From NCBI GenBank assembly GCA_020725585.1, contig DYES01000065.1, forward strand, positions 737 to 64,736: a DNA stretch of 64,000 nucleotides, in the 5' to 3' direction. Under the pieces are notes generated by a model. It worked only from the letters and a program-made list of their open reading frames with translations, was not told the DNA's origin and ran no database searches. A program made the position numbers and the translations under genes. The stretch is from Desulfovirgula sp. Its GTDB lineage: Bacteria; Bacillota; Desulfotomaculia; Desulfotomaculales; Nap2-2B. This document shows, in pieces, positions 13,150-22,326 of the stretch (positions within the stretch are counted from its first letter, which is position 1; each line of letters starts with the position of its first letter).

Positions 13150-13409
13150 TTTTTTGCATATTTATTTGGTCTTTTGGGTAAGATGATCGGTAAGACAACC
13201 TAAACAGAAAATGGTTTTATAGTAAAAAAATGATCGACGATAAAAAGGAGGTGAGCATAAAATGTACAAATGATAATTTATATGATTATAAATAATTAAA
13301 TAAAGGTCAAAAGTTAAATAATTTAGCTTTATTTATTAAATTGTACAATATTTAGCGGTGCTGTTAAAAAAAGAAGCTTACTCAGCATTTCAAAGAGGGA
13401 GGGAAAGTA

Positions 13410-14792
13410 ATGCGCAAATCAGTGTTTAATCTTTATCATGCCCGCAACTTCCTGGCCGCACAAATCCTCTTCCGCATCCTGGCCTACCTGGAAAAAAATC
13501 CTGAGGTCAACTTCCCGCGGCTTTTAGCCGTTGCCAAAAAAATCGCTGTTTTCAAAAAGCATAAAGACCAGATCGACCGTGTGGCGGCCACTTACCGGGA
13601 AAACGAGGCCATCCAAAAATACGTCCACCGCCTGCTTACCAACACCCACCCGAACGTCAAAAAGCGCCTCGGGCACAACTGGTTCATTAGCGAAATGCTT
13701 TTGGGGATTCCCTACCGGCAGAACCTCTCGGAAAAGCTGGGCGTGCACATCCCCAACTTTCTTCTGGTAGACCCCACCAGCGCCTGCAACTTGAGCTGCA
13801 CGGGCTGCTGGGCCGGCAAATACGGCAAAAAAGACTCCTTGAGCCTTGCGCGGCTGGACCGTCTCTTCACCGAAGCAAAGGAGCTGGGCATCTACTGGAT
13901 CGTCTTCTCCGGCGGAGAGCCGCTGTGCTACCCGCACCTGTTTGACCTGCTAGCCAAGCACAGCGACATGGCCTTTATGGCTTACACCAACGGGACGCTG
14001 ATCAACGAGAAAGTGGCTGACAAAATCATCGCGGTGGGCAACTTCACCCCGGCCATCAGCCTGGAAGGGTGGAAAGAAACCACGGACGCCCGCCGGGGAG
14101 CCGGCACCTTTGACAAAATAATGCGGGCCATGGACCTATTGCGCGAAAGAGGGGCGGTCTTCGGGGTTTCGGTGACCATTACCCGCTACAACGTAATGGA
14201 AGTAACCAGCGATGAATTCATCGACTTCCTGATCGAAAAAGGGGTCACTTACGGCTGGACCTTTCACTACATCCCCATCGGGCGCAACCCCGACGTGGAC
14301 CTCATGGTTACGCCGGAACAAAGGGCCTATTTGGCCGAGCGCATCCCTTACATCCGGACGCATAAGCCGATCCAGATCGCCGATTTCTGGAATGACGGAG
14401 AACTGGTGGAAGGCTGTATCGCCGGCGGGCGCAGCTACTTCCACATCAACGCCAAAGGGGACGTGGAGCCCTGCGCCTTTGTCCACTTTGCCCTGGACAA
14501 CATTAATGAAAAAAGCTTGCTGGAGGTCTTAAAGTCGCCTTTGTTTGCAGCCTACCAGAAAAGGCAGCCCTTCAGCAAAAACCTTTTGCGCCCCTGCCCA
14601 ATCATTGACGTGCCGCAGGCCCTGCGGGAAATCGTCCGCGAATCCGGCGCCCGCCCCACCCACGAGGGAGCAGAAACCGTTTTGGAGGGAACCATCGCCC
14701 GCTTTTTAGACCGCCGCTCCTCCGAGTGGGAAAAGGCGGCCGACGAAATCTGGGCGGCGCGGCGTGGAACGAAGAAGGCGGAGGGGTTTTAA
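13410..14792 (+). CDS. radical SAM protein with C-terminal SPASM/twitch-like Cys region
   Basis: CNLSCTGC (CxxxCxxC), SGGEPL, YTNGTL, GCIAGGRSYFHINAKGDVEPC and RPCP motifs. Confidence 0.92.
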   Translation: MRKSVFNLYHARNFLAAQILFRILAYLEKNPEVNFPRLLAVAKKIAVFKKHKDQIDRVAATYRENEAIQKYVHRLLTNTHPNVKKRLGHNWFISEMLLGIPYRQNLSEKLGVHIPNFLLVDPTSACNLSCTGCWAGKYGKKDSLSLARLDRLFTEAKELGIYWIVFSGGEPLCYPHLFDLLAKHSDMAFMAYTNGTLINEKVADKIIAVGNFTPAISLEGWKETTDARRGAGTFDKIMRAMDLLRERGAVFGVSVTITRYNVMEVTSDEFIDFLIEKGVTYGWTFHYIPIGRNPDVDLMVTPEQRAYLAERIPYIRTHKPIQIADFWNDGELVEGCIAGGRSYFHINAKGDVEPCAFVHFALDNINEKSLLEVLKSPLFAAYQKRQPFSKNLLRPCPIIDVPQALREIVRESGARPTHEGAETVLEGTIARFLDRRSSEWEKAADEIWAARRGTKKAEGF

Positions 14793-14815
14793 AGAGCGTT
14801 CATCCAATCTAATTC

Positions 14816-14856
14816 AAAAAACCGGGGGTGTCTTGAAAAGCCTACCGGTTTTTTTT
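14816..14856 (+). terminator. rho-independent terminator
   Basis: AAAAAACCGG...CCGGTTTTTTTT after the radical SAM stop. Confidence 0.6.
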
Positions 14857-15083
14857 ATTTTGTTTTTATTGACACGGAAATAGTTCAACAACAAACCTGT
14901 TGGTCCTGCAGCGAGGACGCCTATTGGCTAATCTAAAGGCTTAAAGCTCGTTAAGTAAAAAAAACAAAACCAAAAACAAAAGGCAAAAGGTTAAATGGGG
15001 GTTTACTTCGTCGTTTAGGGCTACTATATTATTATTATATTGTCACCAAATCCCCCGAAAATTTGCCGTCCCAGGAGGAAATT

Positions 15084-16448
<1,365 letters not shown>

Positions 16449-16466
16449 TAGTGAGGAGGAAAAAAT

Positions 16467-18068
16467 TTAAATCGAACAAGGCTTCCTCCGCCAAAGATTG
16501 AATACAAACTCCATCTCCTTTACTTTCAACAGCCGGCAACAAATTGTATAAATTAGACCTCCAGCGGCAATCAAAACACCCAGGCGCAATCCCTGCAGCA
16601 CAAAACCACCCAGCCCGCCGGCGCCCAGGCCCAGGCGGCCGGCGAAAACAGCCCAGCCGGCAGCGTCTAAGCCGTAAACGTCAAGCCACCACACGACGAT
16701 CCCCATGAAAAAGGCGGCGGTTGCAATGCGCACGGTCTGGTGCAGCAAAAACAGGCCGCCGATACGTCCCAGACGCCGGCGCAAGCAGCTAAACAACAAA
16801 AGACAGGCGATCCCGGCGGCTATGGAGGAGGCCAGGGCCAGCCCCCCATGGGCCAGGTAACGGACCAGGATCAGGTTTAAGACGACGTTGCTCGCTACGG
16901 CGGCCAGGCCCGTCCACATCGGAGTAACGGTATCCTGCAGGGCATAAAAAGCCCTGTTTAATAAGTCGCGCCAGACGAGAAAGATTAAGCCCAGCGCGTA
17001 GAAAAAAAGGGCGATCGCGGTCATCCGCGTGTCGTTAGCGTCAAAAGCCCCGCGTTGAAAGAGAAACTGAACAAGATCGTGCCTTAAGACAACCAACCCT
17101 ACCGTAAGGGGAAGAAGCAGGAAGGCCAGCAGAGTAGTCCCGCGGCCCAGCGCCCTCCGAAAACCATTCAGGTCGGTAAGCGCCGTCCTTTCCGTAAGCG
17201 TCGGATATAAAACGGTAATCAGCGGGACAGCAAATAGTCCCTGGGCGATCCCCAAAGCCCGCTGGGCATAGCTCAACGCCGAAATGCTGCCTTCCGCCAG
17301 GCCGGAGGCCAGTATCCGGTCCACCACTATGTTTAACTGGTTGGCCCCCACCCCGATCAAAACCGGCCCGGCCAGCAGAAGCATTCTCCGCAAGGCGGGA
17401 TGGCGCCAATTTAACGTCCATCGATAAGTAATCCCGTACCGGTAGAGAGCGGGCACCTGGATAAGAAACTGGCTTACCGTAGCGAAAAGCGTGGCCCAGG
17501 CCACGCCGTAAATACCCCCGCAGGCACCGGCAAGAAAAATGCCACTGATCATAATAATGTTGTACGGAATCCCCATCAGCGCCGGCATCGTAAAATGCTG
17601 GTAGGCGTTAAGCACCCCTTGCGCCCAACCTACCAAACCCATCAGGATCACCATGGGGAGCATTATTCTTACCAGCCCCACCGTTAAGGAAGCCTGCGCC
17701 GGCGAAAAGCCGGGCGCCAGTACTTTGACCAGCCAGGGGGCGAGCGCCAACCCAATGACCACTGCCGCTGCAAAAACAATCAGCAAAGCATGAAAACTCG
17801 CCCAAATTATCTTGTTGAGCTCTCTTCGCTTCTGAGGCTGATGCAAATATTCGCTAAAAACCGGGATGCCCACTGTAGTGATGGCACTCCCCACGATCCC
17901 AAAAAAAACCGCCGGGACAACCAGGGCAACAAGGTAGGCGTCGGTAGCCGCACTGGCTCCAAAAACCGCCGCCAGGGCCACTTCCCGACCAAAACCCAAA
18001 ATTTTACTTAAAATGGTTGCGCCCGTTACGATCGCCGTAGCGCGGGCAATTTTTCCGCCATCGATCAC
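16467..18068 (-). CDS. murJ: lipid II flippase MurJ (MviN)
   Basis: SKILGFGRE..AAVFGA...DAY, FQRGAFD, RAFYALQDT.TPM and HGGLALASS motifs; many TM segments. Confidence 0.93.
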   Translation of the reverse strand: MIDGGKIARATAIVTGATILSKILGFGREVALAAVFGASAATDAYLVALVVPAVFFGIVGSAITTVGIPVFSEYLHQPQKRRELNKIIWASFHALLIVFAAAVVIGLALAPWLVKVLAPGFSPAQASLTVGLVRIMLPMVILMGLVGWAQGVLNAYQHFTMPALMGIPYNIIMISGIFLAGACGGIYGVAWATLFATVSQFLIQVPALYRYGITYRWTLNWRHPALRRMLLLAGPVLIGVGANQLNIVVDRILASGLAEGSISALSYAQRALGIAQGLFAVPLITVLYPTLTERTALTDLNGFRRALGRGTTLLAFLLLPLTVGLVVLRHDLVQFLFQRGAFDANDTRMTAIALFFYALGLIFLVWRDLLNRAFYALQDTVTPMWTGLAAVASNVVLNLILVRYLAHGGLALASSIAAGIACLLLFSCLRRRLGRIGGLFLLHQTVRIATAAFFMGIVVWWLDVYGLDAAGWAVFAGRLGLGAGGLGGFVLQGLRLGVLIAAGGLIYTICCRLLKVKEMEFVFNLWRRKPCSI

Positions 18069-18142
18069 TCCTGCCCTGCCTCCCGGTTTATTTTATCCTA
18101 CCGGCTCTTTTTTCTACAAGCCCATCAAAAATAAAATTTACA

Positions 18143-18169
18143 GAAGGATTACTTTTTTTGATGAAGAAT
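18143..18169 (+). promoter_or_regulatory. sigma-H-like promoter of the CoA-transferase-fold operon
   Basis: GAAGGATTA-N11-GAAGAAT matches the sigma-H consensus RNAGGAWWW-N11/12-RNNGAAT. Confidence 0.55.
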
Positions 18170-18226
18170 AAACTCTCTTATAGAATTTATAAATATTTTA
18201 AAGAATAAAGAAAGGAGGCAAAATCC

Positions 18227-19024
18227 ATGCTACCAGAAAAGTTGATCCCGCTTTTGGAAGCGCAAAAATTTTTTCAAACCGGGAGCATTATTGCCATCGG
18301 CGGCCAGTCTGTATTTATGAACCCCATGGGATTAATCAAAGAACTAATGAAAAGCGGCTGCAAATCTATAAATCTCGTAGCTTCACCGGTGGGCGGCCTG
18401 GGTATTGACCTGTTGATCGGCGCCGGGCTGGTCAACTCGGTAGAATTTGCCCAGGTCAGCCTTTGGGAGTACGGCCTGGCCCCGAATCTGCGGCGCCATG
18501 CGGAAAGCGGCCGCTTAAAACTAAAAGAACATGCCTGAACGAGCTTTTTTGCCGGGCTCCAGGCTGGAGCCATGGGCTTGCCTTTTTTGCCCGTCCGGGG
18601 CTTAATCGGCACCGACTACTTGCGCATCCGTCCCGACTTTCAGATCATTAAAAATCCGTACGGGGAAGATGATCTGGTAGCCATTCCCGCCATCAAGCCA
18701 GATCTTTTGCTCATGCACGCATACAAAGCAGATCGCTTTGGCAATGTGCTGACGGACAAGCGAGAAAGCGATCCCCTGCTGGCCCGCGCATCAGATCGCG
18801 CCATAGCAACGGCGGAAGAAATCGTTCCGCACGTAGAACCAGAGGCGGATAAAATAATCATCCCGGGCATTTATATCGACGCCGTTATTCACCTGCCCGG
18901 CGGGGCGAAACCGACGGCCTGCCCGGGGTATTATGAGATCCAGGACGAAGAGATCCGGCGTTACCTGCAGGCGGCACAAACGCCGGAAACTTTTCGCCAG
19001 TACCTGGAAGAGTTCCTTGCCTGA
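18227..19024 (+). CDS. class I CoA-transferase-fold alpha subunit (GctA/IpdA-like), predicted selenoprotein of 265 aa with in-frame TGA at codon 104
   Basis: ORFs 18227-18538 and 18572-19024 are in the same frame and join as ...RLKLKEHA-[TGA]-TSFFAGLQAGAMGLPFLPVRGLIGTD...; IAIGG, AYKADRFGN and IIPGIYIDAV motifs intact; SECIS-like hairpin follows. Confidence 0.85.
18539..18580 (+). promoter_or_regulatory. bacterial SECIS-like hairpin
   Basis: Stem GGCTCCA (18555-18561) / TGGAGCC (18565-18571) with a G-starting loop 23 nt after the UGA; can extend by GCC/GGC or CGAGC/GCTTG pairing. Confidence 0.7.
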
Positions 19025-19039
19025 AAGGGAGGTGATCAC

Positions 19040-19771
19040 ATGTCAGATCTGGCCTACACCCCTGAAGAATTAATGGCCGTACTGATCAGCCGGGAGGTGC
19101 GCGACGGCGAAAGGATCGGCGTGGGCACCCTTTCCCCCGTAGTGGCCGCGGGATGCATTTTGGCCCACCACACGCACGCGCCTAACGCCAGCCTGGCCAT
19201 CTGGCGGTTTAAGGAATACTGGCCCTTTACCGAAGGAATGAAAGAGCTGTTTGACCTCGGCCAGCGCGGCAAGGTGGACCTGTTCTTTTTAAGCGGCGCC
19301 CAAATAGATCGTCACGGGAATACCAATCTTGTAGCCATTGGCGATTATAGCCAGCCCAAGGTGAGATTGCCCGGGGGAGCGGGCTCGGCTACCTTATCTT
19401 ACACCGTGCCCCGCATAATCTTGTTCCAGGTCAACCACTCGAAACGCACATTTGTGGAAAAAGTAGATTTTATTACTGCCACCAACAACCCGCCGCCAAA
19501 CGTATACCGCCGGGGTAAATTTACCAAATGCATTACCCCCCTGGCGATCTTGAATTTTGAGGGGGAAAACCCTCTTTTGGAAGCGGTCAACCCGGGAGTA
19601 TCGGTACAACAGGTGGTTGAGAATACGGGCTTCACCCTGGTTATCCCCCCCAACGTAAAGGAGGCGCCCCCGCCAACCAGCGAAGAATTGCAGGTTTTGC
19701 GCACCGTCGTGAAAGAAAAGATACGCGCCGTATATCCGCAATTCAGCGCCACCGCTTTCAAAAAACCGTAA
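19040..19771 (+). CDS. class I CoA-transferase-fold beta subunit (GctB-like)
   Basis: YTPEELMA...DGERIGVG, FFLSGAQIDRHGNTNL, RLPGGAGS, FVEKVDFIT and NPGVS.QQVVENTGF motifs; GGGAGGTGA RBS. Confidence 0.9.
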   Translation: MSDLAYTPEELMAVLISREVRDGERIGVGTLSPVVAAGCILAHHTHAPNASLAIWRFKEYWPFTEGMKELFDLGQRGKVDLFFLSGAQIDRHGNTNLVAIGDYSQPKVRLPGGAGSATLSYTVPRIILFQVNHSKRTFVEKVDFITATNNPPPNVYRRGKFTKCITPLAILNFEGENPLLEAVNPGVSVQQVVENTGFTLVIPPNVKEAPPPTSEELQVLRTVVKEKIRAVYPQFSATAFKKP

Positions 19772-19907
19772 AAATTGGTCTTTTGATAAGAAAACGAAAA
19801 GCTTAAGCTATACTCTCTAAAACTCTAAAACACTATCTCTTGACTAATTGCTTAAACAATGATAAAGTTTTTTTAGGCAATTCCACCAGAAGGGAAGGTT
19901 TAAGGGC

Positions 19908-20051
19908 ATGACGGTGGATTGGGGTCCATTTTACACAGCATTAATAATAGTCGGTTTGATTGGAGCGCTAGCGGGGATCTTCTCCGGACCGTTAAACCGG
20001 GTGATGGAAAAAGTTGAAGAAAAGGCATCAGGAAAAGCCACGCATACCTGA
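19908..20051 (+). CDS. small single-TM membrane protein (47 aa), not in the ORF track
   Basis: MTVDWGPFYTALIIVGLIGALAGIFSGPLNRVMEKVEEKASGKATHT; promoter TTGACT-N17-TAAAGT at 19840-19868, purine-rich RBS and its own terminator. Confidence 0.7.
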   Translation: MTVDWGPFYTALIIVGLIGALAGIFSGPLNRVMEKVEEKASGKATHT

Positions 20052-20062
20052 AAAGGGACAGT

Positions 20063-20104
20063 AGCCGTAAGCTGGGGCCTGCTTTTACCGGCTTACGGTT
20101 TTTA
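20063..20104 (+). terminator. rho-independent terminator
   Basis: AGCCGTAAGCTGG...CCGGCTTACGGTT followed by TTT. Confidence 0.75.
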
Positions 20105-20172
20105 ATTTTCCATAAGTTTTCACGGACAACATTATTACTTGCAAACTAATTACTCTCCCGCGAGGAGTCAAA

Positions 20173-21171
20173 ATGCTGGAAGTTCTTTTGCGGGGCAAAC
20201 TAAGTAATATCCTGGGTTTTTTGCTTATTGCTCTCGGCCTACTACCTACCGCATCCTGTTTGCTTGTTCTTTATTTCTGCATTAAACCAAACACGCTCCC
20301 GGAAATTGCCAAACTTAAGGTATTCGCCTGTACTGCGCTGATTGTAGTGATAACACCGCTATGCGTGCTTCTTTTTTACATAATTTTTCGTCAAATTTCT
20401 AAATTTATCGACGAATTTTGCCAGGGAATTGACCAGATCAGCCAGGGCAACTTCGGCATTTTCCTGCAGCCCCGTTACTTTGCTGAATTCGACAAGCTGG
20501 TCGAAAGTTTTAATTGCATGTCCTGGTACCTTTCTTTAGCTCGCCGCAAGCTGACGGACAAAATCAGCCTGCTCCAAAAAGAAAGCGAAGAAATCCGGAC
20601 TGCCTACCAAAACGTGACTAAAAACAACCTTCAGCTCAAAGAATTAATTTTGCAGGACCCCCTTACGGGCATTTTTAACAGACGATATCTGATGCAGCAG
20701 CTCCACTGGCGAGTGAAAATTTCCATGAGATATAAACAGCCCCTGGCCGTCCTCTTTTTAGACATTGACTATTTTAAGGAGATAAACGATACCTACGGCC
20801 ACCAGGTAGGCGATCAAGTCCTCCGGGAACTCGTCCGGATCTTATTGCTGGCGATCCGGGGAACAGACATTCTGACGCGGTATGGAGGGGAAGAATTTAT
20901 TATCCTGGCGCCTCAAACGGACCTGCCCAGCGCCACCAGGCTGGCGGAAAGAATTCGGGAAAGAATCGCCAGCAACGCCTTCCATACGCAAAAAGGGGTC
21001 ATCCACTTCACAGTAAGCATAGGTGTGGCCACGTTTGACGGAAAAAAAGAGTACCGCCCGGAAGAAATTGTAGAAAAACTCCTGGCTTTCGCCGATCGCC
21101 GCTGCTACGAAGCAAAAGCAAAGGGGCGTAACCGGGTCGACATAATAAGCATAGAAGAGCCGAGAAAATAA
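20173..21171 (+). CDS. membrane-anchored diguanylate cyclase (2 TM-HAMP-GGDEF)
   Basis: DPLTGIFNRRY, DIDYFKEINDTYGHQVGD, RGTD I-site and RYGGEEF motifs. Confidence 0.93.
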   Translation: MLEVLLRGKLSNILGFLLIALGLLPTASCLLVLYFCIKPNTLPEIAKLKVFACTALIVVITPLCVLLFYIIFRQISKFIDEFCQGIDQISQGNFGIFLQPRYFAEFDKLVESFNCMSWYLSLARRKLTDKISLLQKESEEIRTAYQNVTKNNLQLKELILQDPLTGIFNRRYLMQQLHWRVKISMRYKQPLAVLFLDIDYFKEINDTYGHQVGDQVLRELVRILLLAIRGTDILTRYGGEEFIILAPQTDLPSATRLAERIRERIASNAFHTQKGVIHFTVSIGVATFDGKKEYRPEEIVEKLLAFADRRCYEAKAKGRNRVDIISIEEPRK

Positions 21172-21251
21172 TTTTTGCACACACCCGGGAATAATGATAT
21201 ACTTATTTATGATTTGAAAGCATAAATGGCTTTAAGCAGGGAGTGTTCTGA

Positions 21252-22100
21252 TTGGCAAGTTTTTATAAATATTTTGCCGTCCCGGTAATCGTTATCTTTT
21301 TCGCCGGTATCTGCGGCTGTGCGGCAATAAAAGAAAAAACAGCCAAAAAAGCCCCCGCGGAAAACCAGCAACCGTTAAATGTAGCCGTTTATTATGTAAA
21401 AATAAACAATCAGGAGGAGTATCTCGTCAGAGAAATCCACCGCCTCCCCCACGCTGCGGATAGCTTAAAAGCCGCCGCCGAAGAATTAATCCGGGGCCAG
21501 CCCATCACCAAAGGAGCAGAAAAAATTTTCCCTCCCGGCACAAAAATACTGGGGATCGTTGTAGAAAGCGGGCACGCCACCGTAAACTTTTCCCGGGAAG
21601 TTCTGCAGGCCAGTGTTGGCTCGGAAGGAGAAGCCCTGGGCATCCAGAGCATGGTCAACACATTGACAGAATTTCCGGAAGTTCGGGCGGTTTCTTTTCA
21701 GGTGGAAGGCAAGCTGGATAACCGCACCAAGGACTGGTGGGGCCACGTCGGTTTATATAATCAACCCTTCCACAGAGACCTCTCCAAAGTTTACGAACCC
21801 CCCATCTGGGTTACCCACCCGGTAGAAAACCAGGTAATCAGCATCCCCCTGCTGGTTAAAGGGAGTGCCAGGGTTTTTGAAGGAACCGTCCACGTCAGGT
21901 TAGTCGATAAGGACGGGCATAAACTGGCCGAGGGCTGGGCCACCGCCACAAAAGGAGCCCCCGAACGTGGAGATTTTGAGCTCAGGCTAAAATTTGAGCC
22001 GCCGCCGGCCGCCGACCAGGGCTACCTGGAAGTTTTTGAAAAAAGCGCCCGGGACGGAAGTGAGCGCCATAAGGTGACGATCCCGGTAAGGTGGCAATAA
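21252..22100 (+). CDS. GerMN domain + Gmad2 Ig-like lipoprotein
   Basis: Lipobox-like ICGC, ATVNFS, IQSMVNTLTEFPEVRAVSFQVEG and GSARVFEGTV motifs. Confidence 0.82.
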   Translation: MASFYKYFAVPVIVIFFAGICGCAAIKEKTAKKAPAENQQPLNVAVYYVKINNQEEYLVREIHRLPHAADSLKAAAEELIRGQPITKGAEKIFPPGTKILGIVVESGHATVNFSREVLQASVGSEGEALGIQSMVNTLTEFPEVRAVSFQVEGKLDNRTKDWWGHVGLYNQPFHRDLSKVYEPPIWVTHPVENQVISIPLLVKGSARVFEGTVHVRLVDKDGHKLAEGWATATKGAPERGDFELRLKFEPPPAADQGYLEVFEKSARDGSERHKVTIPVRWQ

Positions 22101-22118
22101 AATCGGCTTCTAGGGGGT

Positions 22119-22301
22119 GTGAAGAACAACATGACAAGCAAGGGCAAAACCATAAAAAAAGCGCCCATTCCGGATAAACCAGCAGGCGAAACGAGCGAGC
22201 AGCTCGTTAGGCGGATAAAAAGGGACATGATTTGGGTAATCGTGAGCGCTGTCGTCGCCATGGGGCTGGGGCTTGTCGCCGGCCAGCTGATCAAATTCTA
22301 G
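22119..22301 (+). CDS. small hypothetical membrane protein
   Basis: Basic N-terminus and one C-terminal TM helix; fills the gap after the GerMN gene; start may be ATG at 22131. Confidence 0.55.
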   Translation: MKNNMTSKGKTIKKAPIPDKPAGETSEQLVRRIKRDMIWVIVSAVVAMGLGLVAGQLIKF

Positions 22302-22326
22302 CCCTGCTCCACCTTTTAGATCCTTT

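Noticed and set aside
14860-15060. Riboswitch or ncRNA upstream of the DUF1015 gene
   Set aside because: A-rich with a GGCAAA word but no c-di-GMP, T-box or other recognisable consensus.
18227-19024. Reading the CoA-transferase alpha gene as two genes or a nonsense pseudogene
   Set aside because: The 11 intervening codons encode conserved family sequence, the second ATG has no RBS, the stop is specifically TGA with a SECIS-like hairpin, and there is no other decay. Not fully excluded without seeing the sel genes.
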